A stretch of DNA of 40,000 nucleotides from sequence record OQ221560.1, one strand, 5' to 3'. The notes under the pieces were generated by a model. That model was not told the origin of the DNA, ran no database searches, and saw only the letters and a list, made by a program, of their open reading frames with translations. Made by a program: the position numbers and the translations under genes. Each line of letters opens with the position of its first letter. Position 1 is the first letter of the stretch. Positions 23,870 through 33,664 of the stretch are shown here, one piece after another. The DNA comes from Bacteroides phage PhiCrAssBcn25.

Positions 23870-26218
23870 ATGGATAGAATACAATTAAGAAGAGACACAT
23901 CAACAAGATGGAAAGAATTAAACCCTGTATTACTTGAGGGAGAACCAGCTTTTGAAACTGATACAAGACTAAGAAAGATTGGGGATGGTGTTAATCCTTA
24001 TAATGACTTAGACTATTTAGCAGCAGAGAATGTTGTTCAAGGTTTAGGAGATAGTACTACAGGAGCTATATCACAAAATACTATAGCTAAATTAGCTAAG
24101 AAACAATTAGTTTTATTTGAAGGATTTGTGAATATTCCTACTTCCTCAGTTATAAATGAAAGATATGAAGGTCTTGATGGAACTGTTGTTTACAATAATA
24201 CTTCCAGACACTTTGTTTACTCAGTAAATGGTAGCTACTATAGTAGTTGGAGTGATTGTGAACTATATGGTACTCCTTACTCTTATGGTAGAGTACCCTA
24301 TATTAATAAACTTTATAGTTATTCAGGTAGAACATACCATGTTACAGGTTTTGGTTTTGCAATTATAGAAGACCCTGTAGTTATTCCTGTTGCAGATGAA
24401 CTTAAGACATCTGATTATTTATATAATATATTTTATAATCCAACAACAGGTATTGAAACTTTTGAACCTTCAAGATTAACTACAGATTTTATAGCAGTTG
24501 ATGAAGGTTTTATATTTGATTACACTTTAACAGGGTATAGTTCAAATATTGCAGTTGCAGCATTTGATGCTAATAAGAATATCCTAATAGATAAGAGTGT
24601 TATAGTAAATGTCCCATCAGCATCAGCTCCTAATACAGGAAGGTATATAGTAGATAGTACTGTTAGGTTTATTAGAGTTACAAGATTGAATAATGCTAAT
24701 GGATTAGTTCAAACCTTTATTCATAATAAAGCAGATTACTCTTCTTTGGCAAAAGAATCATTCAATGGTATTAAAACACTTATGAATGCTGACTTCACTG
24801 TAGAAGGTGTATATATTAATCCAAGTACAGGGTTGGAATCTCCTAATCCAACTTATTCAGCTACTCCTTTTATATCTATAGTACCTAAAGAAACTATATA
24901 CTATAGTGGGCTTAATGGTACAAATGGTGCAGCTATTATAGGAATATATGATAAGAATAAGACACCAATTAATCTAATTAGAGGAGAAAGTACTTATGAA
25001 GGAAGGGTTTATGTAGCTCCAGAAGGAGCAGCTTATATTAGATTTAGTTATTTAGTAACCGATAATCCTGTGGTTATTAAACTTATAAGTGAAACTTCTA
25101 AGGCTAATATGACTACTAAAAACAAGAATAATCTTATTATTAATGGATTTGATGAGTTTGTAGTTAGTGGAACATGGTCAAGGAATGGTAAGAACCTTAA
25201 AGTAACTGGAGGTGGATTTACTGCTGCAAGATTGTTCTCAGAAACATTTGAGGATGAATTTGTTATGAGTTGTAAGCTAAGAACAAATAGTGCAGGCTAT
25301 TTTGAATGTGGTATTGGTAAAGGTTCTAATGCAGGTAATTATGTAGGTGTTTGGGTTACTATATGTAGTAATGCAAGTGGTTCATTCTTGAAGCTATATT
25401 ATAATATAAATGGTTCTTATGTAGAACAGACTAATTTAAGACAAACTATTGCAAAGGGTTTACAAGGTAGCAACTGGTATGTACTACAACTAAGTAAAAC
25501 TACTGATGCAGCTTCTACATTATCAGCTAAGGTTTATGATAATACAACTGGTGAACTGTTAGCAAGTTTATCTACTTCTCCTAATGCTACTTATGCTTGG
25601 GGTTATCCAACTTGTGTTAATATTAATAATACAAATGAATTCTCAGGATTCACTATGTATTATCCTAAGAATGTTTATCCATCAGTAGCAGTATATGGAG
25701 ATAGCTTTGTTGAAGGAGATACAGTAAGAACTACTAAGAATGTAAGATGGAGTGCTCTACTACAAGCTCAACTTGGAAAGAAAAACTGTTTATTGTATGG
25801 TCATGGAGGTGCTTCTTCTAAGAGTGATACTACAAGAATACTGTTTCAGATAAATAGAATAAGCAGTCAGTATGCTATAATAGCACTTGGTCAGAATGAT
25901 GCTTCCTTTGAAGCATGGTATCAATATATAGATTATATGCTTAATCTATGTAAGATGTGTGATACTGTGCCAATACTTGTAACAACTTGTCCTCAAGTTA
26001 ATCAGAGTGAAAGTTATATTACAAAAATGACTTCAATCAACACATGGATTAGAAATTCAGGGTATAATTATATTGATGCAAACATGGCTGTAGCAATAAA
26101 TGGGGTAACATGGAAAGATGGGTATGTATTATCTGATGGTATTCATCCTTCTGCATTAGGACATCAAGCTATCTATGATAGAATAGCTTTTGATTGTCCA
26201 TTCTTGTTTAACAATTAA
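23870..26218 (+). CDS. tail fibre with Mtd_N-like N-terminus and SGNH/GDSL-hydrolase C-terminus
   Basis: 782 aa; N-terminal IQLRRDTSTRWKELNPVLLEGEPAFETDTRLRKIGDG; C-terminal VAVYGDSFVEGD (block I), ALGQNDA (block III-like), DGIHPSALGH (block V). Confidence 0.85.
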   Translation: MDRIQLRRDTSTRWKELNPVLLEGEPAFETDTRLRKIGDGVNPYNDLDYLAAENVVQGLGDSTTGAISQNTIAKLAKKQLVLFEGFVNIPTSSVINERYEGLDGTVVYNNTSRHFVYSVNGSYYSSWSDCELYGTPYSYGRVPYINKLYSYSGRTYHVTGFGFAIIEDPVVIPVADELKTSDYLYNIFYNPTTGIETFEPSRLTTDFIAVDEGFIFDYTLTGYSSNIAVAAFDANKNILIDKSVIVNVPSASAPNTGRYIVDSTVRFIRVTRLNNANGLVQTFIHNKADYSSLAKESFNGIKTLMNADFTVEGVYINPSTGLESPNPTYSATPFISIVPKETIYYSGLNGTNGAAIIGIYDKNKTPINLIRGESTYEGRVYVAPEGAAYIRFSYLVTDNPVVIKLISETSKANMTTKNKNNLIINGFDEFVVSGTWSRNGKNLKVTGGGFTAARLFSETFEDEFVMSCKLRTNSAGYFECGIGKGSNAGNYVGVWVTICSNASGSFLKLYYNINGSYVEQTNLRQTIAKGLQGSNWYVLQLSKTTDAASTLSAKVYDNTTGELLASLSTSPNATYAWGYPTCVNINNTNEFSGFTMYYPKNVYPSVAVYGDSFVEGDTVRTTKNVRWSALLQAQLGKKNCLLYGHGGASSKSDTTRILFQINRISSQYAIIALGQNDASFEAWYQYIDYMLNLCKMCDTVPILVTTCPQVNQSESYITKMTSINTWIRNSGYNYIDANMAVAINGVTWKDGYVLSDGIHPSALGHQAIYDRIAFDCPFLFNN

Positions 26219-26230
26219 TAGAATAAATAT

Positions 26231-28783
26231 ATGGCAGATAGAGTAATACAAAGAAATGACACTGCTGCAAGGTGGCAGTCAATTAACCCAGTTCTTGCAC
26301 AAGGAGAACTGGGTATAGTCTCTGATGGGGCTAAAGGATATAAGATAGGTGATGGTGTTACTGCATGGAATAGTCTTGAATATCCTGCAAATCCAGCAAG
26401 TGTAGTACAAGAATTAGGTAATAGTGAAACTGCTGTTATTAGTCAGAATGCTATTACTAATAATTTTGCAAATACAAATTCCTTCTTAAAGAATTCTATA
26501 TTTATTACAGAAATAGAAAGAACTAGATTAATTATTGATGGTAATTCTTCTAATATAGAATTAACATCTGGTTATATTAAAACTGATGGAAACCTTGGAG
26601 ATATTGTTAATTTAACAGTTAATCAATCTTTAAATACAAGATATGCTATAATACCCTGTAAAGAAGGTGACTATTTTGTAATAAGTGGTAATGGAGGAGA
26701 TTTATCAAGACTATTCTGTTTTATAGATTCTTCAAATAGAATTATATTAAATGCAGAGAGTAGATTAGTACTAAGTACTTATATTAAAGTTCCTTATAAT
26801 ACTTCTAAATTAATAGTTAACTTTGAACAAGCATCTGATTATATAAAAAAATTTAATATAAATAATGACTCAGTTAGAAAATACTGGGTACTAAATAATT
26901 CACTAAATATTTATACAAATACTTTTACTCCTTCTCCTTTATATATTCAGTATGATAATAACTATATACAATCTATAAATCCTTTAGATACAACACCTAT
27001 TACACCATCAAAAAATGGATTTTTAGTATTTAATAAAAAGGACTCTAAATATATATTTAGACTAAATAGTGTTGATATTGATGTTATTAATGATATTATT
27101 GTATTTGTAGTAAGGAATAATATATTTTATAATGGAGACTCTTTATCCTATTGTCTTTCTTATCATGTACAGAATTTAGTTAAATATAAGACAAGGAATA
27201 CTTATATGCTCTATTCTCCCAATAATGATACTTCATATACAAATAATTCTGTTACTACATTAGGAGCGTGGTATTTGGATAATGGTACTATACATAATCA
27301 TTTCATATTAGAAAATGGAATTGTTACTCCTAAAACTTTTGTATTTACTATTAATTCTTATTTAGTATATAATAAAGCAAATTATACAGCAAGGATTGTA
27401 GATAGTTATAAGGATATTGGAGATGATGATGTAATCTGGTTATATTACCAAGATGGCAAGTTCGTAGATGGGCTTTTCTATAGTTATTATATGGCTTCTA
27501 AAATGAATAGTACTTCTATAGAGAGTGAAAATAGTGTTGAAACTACTATTAAGAAAAGGGCTTACCAATTTGCTACTATTCCTTGGGTAGCTTTAAAACC
27601 TATAGCAAGCACTTCCAGTTCTACTGGAATAGAAATAGGTAATCATGTAGGATTACCATATACTTCTTGTATGGAAGTTGATAAATTTGTAGGGTATGAA
27701 GTTTCTCTTAGAACATTTATGACTTGTGCTAATAACCCATATAGTTTACTATATACGGAAGATTTATCAAGAAATATATCTGGATATGGATTTACATATC
27801 ATAATACAGGAAGAGGTACTATAGGAGGTTATATGGGAATTGTATGTAATATATTTGGTATGAATGCTATTTCTTATAAAATCCCATATGATACAGGAAA
27901 CTGGAAATTTTTAAGAAAGAAAGGATATTTTAAAGAGTTACAGTATCAAGAAGCTAAATACCTAAACATTGGGGATATTATAGTTGAGCCAGGGCATTGT
28001 AATGTAATTACTAATATAGAAAAGAATGATTCAGGTTATTCTAAAATTATTTATTGGGGTGAATCAGTAATGGATTTTCCTAAAATAAATAGATATTCTG
28101 AGGAACAAGCTAATAATAGAATAGCAGAAAGAGGTGGAATAATCTATAGAAGAGATAACTTATATAAAGATAGTTATTATGAAAGGTCTCCTTTTGTAGC
28201 TGTAGAAGATGAAATATTGGATTCCTCTTATGTTTATAATGATGATATTTGTACATTTGCTGGAGACTATGCAGTATTTAGAGAAAATCAAAAGATAGTT
28301 ATAAATTATAATTTAAAGAATACTAATAGTGATTGGAATCAAATTGAACTATATAAAAATGATGAATTAATTGGAACATATAGTTTAGTTGATTCTCATA
28401 ATTATGATTTATCTTCATTAAATCTAAAATATGGTAATTATAAAGCTAGACTAAAATATAACTCTACTTTCTCTGACTATACATATTTCCAAATATTGGA
28501 TACAGAAGTTTCATATACTTTAAATGATAGTACAATTAAGATAGTCTTTAATTCTCATAATGGAGAACCTTTATTTATTAGATTATGTAAAGTGGATGGA
28601 GGTCCTATATGTATAGTAGAACTTACAGAAGATGATAAGAGGAAAGGTTTTATAGAATTTGATTATAATTATTATGGCAATGGTCAAGGTTATTCTATAG
28701 TAAATGGGGGTACATATTTAAAGGTTTATTTTGAATCAGAATATGGAAGAGTTACTAATGAGCCTATACTTACTACAATATAG
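26231..28783 (+). CDS. tail fibre with Mtd_N-like N-terminus and NlpC/P60- or CHAP-like cysteine peptidase domain
   Basis: 850 aa; N-terminal VIQRNDTAARWQSINPVLAQGELGIVSDGAKGYKIGDG; IGGYMGIVCNIFGMN...LNIGDIIVEPGHCNVITNIEKN. Confidence 0.65.
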   Translation: MADRVIQRNDTAARWQSINPVLAQGELGIVSDGAKGYKIGDGVTAWNSLEYPANPASVVQELGNSETAVISQNAITNNFANTNSFLKNSIFITEIERTRLIIDGNSSNIELTSGYIKTDGNLGDIVNLTVNQSLNTRYAIIPCKEGDYFVISGNGGDLSRLFCFIDSSNRIILNAESRLVLSTYIKVPYNTSKLIVNFEQASDYIKKFNINNDSVRKYWVLNNSLNIYTNTFTPSPLYIQYDNNYIQSINPLDTTPITPSKNGFLVFNKKDSKYIFRLNSVDIDVINDIIVFVVRNNIFYNGDSLSYCLSYHVQNLVKYKTRNTYMLYSPNNDTSYTNNSVTTLGAWYLDNGTIHNHFILENGIVTPKTFVFTINSYLVYNKANYTARIVDSYKDIGDDDVIWLYYQDGKFVDGLFYSYYMASKMNSTSIESENSVETTIKKRAYQFATIPWVALKPIASTSSSTGIEIGNHVGLPYTSCMEVDKFVGYEVSLRTFMTCANNPYSLLYTEDLSRNISGYGFTYHNTGRGTIGGYMGIVCNIFGMNAISYKIPYDTGNWKFLRKKGYFKELQYQEAKYLNIGDIIVEPGHCNVITNIEKNDSGYSKIIYWGESVMDFPKINRYSEEQANNRIAERGGIIYRRDNLYKDSYYERSPFVAVEDEILDSSYVYNDDICTFAGDYAVFRENQKIVINYNLKNTNSDWNQIELYKNDELIGTYSLVDSHNYDLSSLNLKYGNYKARLKYNSTFSDYTYFQILDTEVSYTLNDSTIKIVFNSHNGEPLFIRLCKVDGGPICIVELTEDDKRKGFIEFDYNYYGNGQGYSIVNGGTYLKVYFESEYGRVTNEPILTTI

Positions 28784-28793
28784 TAAGTAATAT

Positions 28794-28831
28794 AAATAAA
28801 TCACTTATGCTGTTGTATAGGTGATTTATTT
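28794..28831 (+). terminator. hairpin, probable terminator
   Basis: aaataaatcac 28794-28804 / gtgatttattt 28821-28831. Confidence 0.7.
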
Positions 28832-28843
28832 TTAGTAGGTTTG
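28812..28843 (+). promoter_or_regulatory. Bacteroidetes-type promoter GTTG-N20-TAGGTTTG overlapping the hairpin
   Basis: GTTG 28812-28815, N20, TAGGTTTG 28836-28843; ATG at 28868. Confidence 0.65.
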
Positions 28844-28867
28844 CATAAAAATATAAGGGAAGAAGAT

Positions 28868-29470
28868 ATGAAGAAGTATATAATAATCCTTATTCTAATA
28901 TTGATTGGAGCTGTAGCTTATCTATCATATCAGAATAGACAATTAACTACTAAGTATGAAACTTCCATTGAGAATGTTAAAGCCTATGATGCTCAATTGA
29001 GTGGACTTGAAGGTGATAATAGGGTATTAAAACTAACAGTTGAACAGCTTAATTACTTCAATGATTCAATCATCAAGAAGATGAAAGTGGTCCAGAAGGA
29101 ATTAGGTATAAAGGATAAGAGATTACAACAGCTTCAATATGAAGCAAGTCATGCACAAAGAACTGACACTATTATCCTACCAGATACTCTATTTATAAAC
29201 CCTCAGTTAAAGCTGGATACTATAGTGGGAGACAAGTGGTTTAAAACTAATCTTCATTTAGAATTCCCAAGTACAATAGCACTCAGTCCTGAGATAGAGT
29301 TAGAGAGATATACATTCATAAATGGTAAAAGGGAGACTGTGAATCCACCAAAGAAATTCTTCTTGTTTAGGTGGTTCCAGAAGAAACATACAGTAGTAGA
29401 AGTGAATGTAAGGGAAATGAACCCTTATGTTAAGAACAAAACTCAAAGATTTATACAAATAATTGAATAG
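28868..29470 (+). CDS. membrane-anchored coiled-coil protein, spanin-like
   Basis: Start moved to MKKYIIILILILIGAVAYLSYQNRQ; N-terminal TM plus coiled coil. Confidence 0.6.
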   Translation: MKKYIIILILILIGAVAYLSYQNRQLTTKYETSIENVKAYDAQLSGLEGDNRVLKLTVEQLNYFNDSIIKKMKVVQKELGIKDKRLQQLQYEASHAQRTDTIILPDTLFINPQLKLDTIVGDKWFKTNLHLEFPSTIALSPEIELERYTFINGKRETVNPPKKFFLFRWFQKKHTVVEVNVREMNPYVKNKTQRFIQIIE

Positions 29471-29472
29471 TT

Positions 29473-29811
29473 ATGATTGAAAGTGGAATACTTATTACAG
29501 CATTAATAGGCATTGTCACCACATTTACTTCGGGATTTACTGCATGGTTCTTTGCAAGAAAGAAGTATAATAGTGAGGTTGACAATAATCTGATAAATAA
29601 CATGAAGGAGTCTCTTGAATTTTATACAAGGCTTTCTGAGGATAATAAACTCAGGCTTGATAGAGCATTATCAAGAAATGAAGAACTTGAAAAAGAGGTT
29701 AAGGTATTAAGGCAACAGGTGATGGGCTTAATGACAAGTATATGTACAGACCTATCTTGTCAGATAAGAAAGGGGAATTATGAGGATGTGATTAATAAAA
29801 ATAAGAAATAA
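29473..29811 (+). CDS. small membrane protein, holin/lysis-associated candidate
   Basis: 112 aa; one TM (GILITALIGIVTTFTSGFTAWFFA) followed by coiled coil. Confidence 0.5.
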   Translation: MIESGILITALIGIVTTFTSGFTAWFFARKKYNSEVDNNLINNMKESLEFYTRLSEDNKLRLDRALSRNEELEKEVKVLRQQVMGLMTSICTDLSCQIRKGNYEDVINKNKK

Positions 29812-29812
29812 T

Positions 29813-30178
29813 ATGAAGAGAGTACTTAATCTTGGGAGTCTTTCAAGAATAGTTGAAGGAGACCCTAATGAAATAACAGATGATGAAATCCTTGTAATCA
29901 AGGATAAGATTACAGAGGGTAAGATAATTGATATTCAAAAGAGAGTTGATGGTAAATTAGTGTCTCTTATTACTGAGAAATACACTTATACTATCAATCC
30001 TACTCCTGCTGATGCTATAGTAGTTATCAATGGTTCAACTACTAAGAGTATTAGAGCAGCTAAAGGACATACAGTCACTTGGTCTGTATCAAAGACAGGG
30101 TTTGTAACTCAGTCTGGTAGTGAGGTAATCTCAGGTGATGTATTAAAGAATATAACATTAGTAGAATCTGGCAGTTAA
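29813..30178 (+). CDS. Ig/PEGA-like domain protein
   Basis: YTYTINPTPADAIVVINGSTTKSIRAAKGHTVTWSVSKTGFV beta-sandwich pattern. Confidence 0.5.
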   Translation: MKRVLNLGSLSRIVEGDPNEITDDEILVIKDKITEGKIIDIQKRVDGKLVSLITEKYTYTINPTPADAIVVINGSTTKSIRAAKGHTVTWSVSKTGFVTQSGSEVISGDVLKNITLVESGS

Positions 30179-30639
30179 TGAAACTATTATTAAGAAGAAT
30201 ATTTAAAGGACCTCAATATACCATAGGTAAACTCTATGTAAATGGAGTTTATGAATGTGATACTCTTGAAGATACTGACAGAGGTCTCCATGAAACACAA
30301 TCTCTTCTGGAGATACAGAGTAAGAAGGTCTATGGGCAGACAGCAATTCCTTATGGAACTTACAAGATTGATATGAACACTGTAAGCCCCAAATTCAAGG
30401 ATAGGTCATGGGCTAAATTCTGTGGAGGAAAGTTACCCAGACTTATAGATGTGAAAGGTTATGAGGGGGTACTAATCCATGTTGGTAATAAAGCTGAGGA
30501 TACATTAGGTTGTATCCTTGTGGGAGAGAATAAGATAAAAGGACAAGTTATTAATAGCACAGCTACCTTTCAGGAGTTATATTCAGTAATGCTGAAAGCA
30601 AAACTCCTTGGAGAGGAACTTAGTTTAACAATAGAATAG
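30178..30639 (+). CDS. DUF5675-like protein
   Basis: 153 aa; YTIGKLYVNGVYECDTLEDTDRG...IPYGTYKIDM...GVLIHVGNKAEDTLGCILVG. Confidence 0.7.
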   Translation: MKLLLRRIFKGPQYTIGKLYVNGVYECDTLEDTDRGLHETQSLLEIQSKKVYGQTAIPYGTYKIDMNTVSPKFKDRSWAKFCGGKLPRLIDVKGYEGVLIHVGNKAEDTLGCILVGENKIKGQVINSTATFQELYSVMLKAKLLGEELSLTIE

Positions 30640-30650
30640 GAGAGATTATT

Positions 30651-30719
30651 ATGGCAAAGACTTGTAAATCAGGTGGAAAGATGCCACCAAAAGGTGGAAA
30701 GAAACCTACAAAGAAGTAG
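30651..30719 (+). CDS. micro-ORF, 22 aa Lys/Gly/Pro-rich peptide
   Basis: aggagagattatt ATG: MAKTCKSGGKMPPKGGKKPTKK*, good upstream Shine-Dalgarno-like sequence. Confidence 0.5.
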   Translation: MAKTCKSGGKMPPKGGKKPTKK

Positions 30720-30812
30720 AAATGGGAAGGGTGTAGTATTATTACTATACCCTTATCTTTTGGCAGTAAATAAGTAATTTATTTATAGAGTTGTAAGAGT
30801 CTTATTTACTAT

Positions 30813-30844
30813 GTTGTAGAAGTCATAAACTCCTACTATCTTTG
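30813..30844 (+). promoter_or_regulatory. Bacteroidetes-type promoter GTTG-N20-TATCTTTG upstream of the capsid operon
   Basis: GTTG 30813-30816, N20, TATCTTTG 30837-30844. Confidence 0.8.
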
Positions 30845-30874
30845 CATCAGTTTAATAACTAAAGGAGTAGAAAT

Positions 30875-32044
30875 ATGATAGGAGAATTAAGTGAAGACCT
30901 CATTATGACAGGGGATGAAATAGATGTAGAGAATCTATTTTCTGATGATGGGGGTGAAGAAGAAACACAGGTAACTCCACCTGCCCCAAAGGAGAAAGAA
31001 GAAAAAGAAATTGAAAAAACTACTGAGGAAGAAGAGATAAATCCTGATGATTTATTTGATAATCCAGAGAGCGTAGGTAGTGGAAAAGATAATCAAGAAG
31101 AAGAGGAAGATACCCAATCTGAAAAGGACAAAGGTACTTCTCCCAAAACTAACTTCTACTCTTCCATTGCCAGTGCCTTGAAAGAAGAAGGTATCTTCCC
31201 TGACCTTGATGATGATACATTAAATGGTATCAAGACTCCAGAAGATTTTGCAGAAGCAGTTGAAAAGACTGTTCAAGCAAGGTTGGATGAAAGACAAAAG
31301 AGAATTGATGCTGCATTACAAGCTGATGTAGAACCAGATGAAGTAAGAAGGTATGAACAAACCCTTGCTAATTTGGATGCAATCAAGGAGGAATATATAA
31401 CTGATGAAACTGAAAAAGGTGAGAGATTGAGAAAGAACTTAATCTATCAGGACTTTAGGAACAGAGGTTATAGTGAAGCCAGAGCTAAGAGAGAGGTTGA
31501 GAAATCTTTCAATGCTGGCACAGATATTGAAGATGCAAAAGAGGCATTGGAAAGTAACAGAGAGTACTTTAGCACTCAATATCAGGACCTAATCAAGGAA
31601 GCTCAAGAAGAGGCAAAAGAAGAACAAAGGAAAATTAAAGAAGAGGCTGCACAATTAAAGAAATCAATGCTTGAGGACAAGGAAGTATTTACAGGTATTA
31701 CACTTGATAAGACTACAAGACAAAAAGCATTTGAGAATATTACTAAGCCTGTCTTTAAAACAGAAGATGGAGAATATTTGACTGCCATTCAGAAATATGA
31801 AATGGATAATCCAGTTGAGTTTAGAAAGTATCTGTCTGTATTGTTCACTATGACTGATGGCTTCAAGAATATTGATGGTCTTGTAAAAGGTAAAGTAAAG
31901 AAAGAAGTCAAGCAAAGTCTTAGAGAATTAGAACATAAACTCAGTAGTACTGCAAGAAATTCATCAGGTAATCCAAGATATGTTGGAGGAGTTGAGGAAG
32001 ATACTGAGTCTTATATTGGAAAGGGCTGGGACCTTGATGTCTAA
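30875..32044 (+). CDS. acidic scaffold-like protein upstream of MCP
   Basis: 389 aa, acidic N-terminus, highly charged helical body, immediately 5' of the capsid gene. Confidence 0.65.
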   Translation: MIGELSEDLIMTGDEIDVENLFSDDGGEEETQVTPPAPKEKEEKEIEKTTEEEEINPDDLFDNPESVGSGKDNQEEEEDTQSEKDKGTSPKTNFYSSIASALKEEGIFPDLDDDTLNGIKTPEDFAEAVEKTVQARLDERQKRIDAALQADVEPDEVRRYEQTLANLDAIKEEYITDETEKGERLRKNLIYQDFRNRGYSEARAKREVEKSFNAGTDIEDAKEALESNREYFSTQYQDLIKEAQEEAKEEQRKIKEEAAQLKKSMLEDKEVFTGITLDKTTRQKAFENITKPVFKTEDGEYLTAIQKYEMDNPVEFRKYLSVLFTMTDGFKNIDGLVKGKVKKEVKQSLRELEHKLSSTARNSSGNPRYVGGVEEDTESYIGKGWDLDV

Positions 32045-32078
32045 AAACATATTAACTAACAAAAATAATTAACAGATT

Positions 32079-33593
32079 ATGGCTGGTAAATTAGGTAAAT
32101 TTCAAATGTTAGGCTTCCAACACTGGAAGGGTCTGACAAGTGACAACCACCTTGGAGCTATCTTCCAACAAGCACCTCAGAAGGCAACTAACCTTATGGT
32201 GCAACTGTTGGCTTTCTATAGAGGAAAGAGCTTGGATACATTCCTTAATTCATTCCCTACAAGAGAGTTTGAAGATGATAATGAATACTATTGGGATGTT
32301 ATTGGTTCTTCAAGGAGAAACATTCCTCTTGTAGAAGCAAGAGATGAAAATGGTGTTGTAGTTGCTGCTGGTGCAGCTAATGTGGGAGTTGGTACATCTC
32401 CTTTCTATCTGGTATTCCCAGAAGATTGGTTTGCAGATGGTGAGGTTATTGTAGGTAACTTGAACCAAGTATATCCATTTAGAATCCTTGGTGATGCAAG
32501 AATGGAAGGTACTAATGCAGTGTACAAAGTAGAACTTATGGGTGGTAATACTCAAGGTGTTCCTGCTGAGAGACTGCAACAAGGAGAAAGATTCTCTATT
32601 GAATTTGCTCCTGTAGAAAAAGAACTTTCAAGAAAGGTTGGTGATGTTAGGTTCACTTCTCCTGTAAGCATGAGAAATGAGTGGACTACAATCAGAATCC
32701 AACATAAGGTAGCTGGTAATAAGCTAAACAAGAAACTTGCTATGGGTATTCCTATGGTTAGAAATCTTGAAAGTGGAAAGCAAGTGAAGGACACTGCAAA
32801 CATGTGGATGCACTATGTAGATTGGGAAGTAGAACTTCAATTTGATGAGTACAAGAACAATGCTATGGCATGGGGTACTTCAAACAGAAATCTGAATGGT
32901 GAATACATGAACTTTGGTAAATCAGGTAATGCTATTAAGACTGGTGCTGGTATCTTTGAACAAACAGAGGTTGCTAATACTATGTACTACAATACATTCA
33001 GCTTGAAGTTACTTGAAGATGCACTGTATGAACTATCAGCTTCTAAACTTGCAATGGATGATAGACTCTTTGTAATCAAGACTGGTGAAAGAGGTGCTAT
33101 TCAGTTCCATAAGGAAGTATTGAAGACTGTATCTGGTTGGACTACATTTGTACTTGATAATAACTCTACAAGAGTTGTTGAGAAAGTTCAGTCAAGACTT
33201 CACAGCAATGCACTAAGTGCTGGTTTCCAATTTGTTGAATACAAGGCTCCTAATGGTGTTAGGGTAAGATTGGATGTTGACCCATTCTATGATGACCCAG
33301 TAAGAAACAAGATTCTTCACCCAATGGGTGGTGTAGCTTTCTCTTACAGATATGACATCTGGTATATTGGTACTATGGACCAACCTAATATCTTCAAGTG
33401 TAAGATTAAGGGTGACAATGAGTACAGAGGATACCAATGGGGTATCAGAAATCCTTTCACTGGACAAAAGGGTAATCCTTATATGTCATTTGATGAGGAC
33501 TCTGCTGTAATTCACAGAATGGCTACTTTGGGTGTTTGTGTGCTTGACCCAACAAGAACTATGTCATTAATTCCTGCAATTCTGCAAGGATAA
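32079..33593 (+). CDS. major capsid protein (crAss-like)
   Basis: 504 aa; MAGKLGKFQMLGFQHWKGLTSDNHLGAIFQQAPQKATNLMVQLLAFYRGKSLDTFLN resembles crAss-like MCPs; followed by a terminator. Confidence 0.9.
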   Translation: MAGKLGKFQMLGFQHWKGLTSDNHLGAIFQQAPQKATNLMVQLLAFYRGKSLDTFLNSFPTREFEDDNEYYWDVIGSSRRNIPLVEARDENGVVVAAGAANVGVGTSPFYLVFPEDWFADGEVIVGNLNQVYPFRILGDARMEGTNAVYKVELMGGNTQGVPAERLQQGERFSIEFAPVEKELSRKVGDVRFTSPVSMRNEWTTIRIQHKVAGNKLNKKLAMGIPMVRNLESGKQVKDTANMWMHYVDWEVELQFDEYKNNAMAWGTSNRNLNGEYMNFGKSGNAIKTGAGIFEQTEVANTMYYNTFSLKLLEDALYELSASKLAMDDRLFVIKTGERGAIQFHKEVLKTVSGWTTFVLDNNSTRVVEKVQSRLHSNALSAGFQFVEYKAPNGVRVRLDVDPFYDDPVRNKILHPMGGVAFSYRYDIWYIGTMDQPNIFKCKIKGDNEYRGYQWGIRNPFTGQKGNPYMSFDEDSAVIHRMATLGVCVLDPTRTMSLIPAILQG

Positions 33594-33601
33594 GCATAAA
33601 T

Positions 33602-33640
33602 AAAAGGGAGGCAGGTAATTCCTCCTCCCTTTTTCTTTTT
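33602..33640 (+). terminator. intrinsic terminator after MCP
   Basis: gggaggcagg taatt cctcctccc followed by ttttt. Confidence 0.8.
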
Positions 33641-33664
33641 TAAGATATTAAATGGAGAAGTAAT

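Noticed and set aside
17747-28783. Diversity-generating retroelement acting on the fibre genes
   Set aside because: No reverse transcriptase, Avd or template/variable repeat pair is visible. The Mtd_N-like domain alone is not evidence for a DGR. The rest of the genome would need to be checked.
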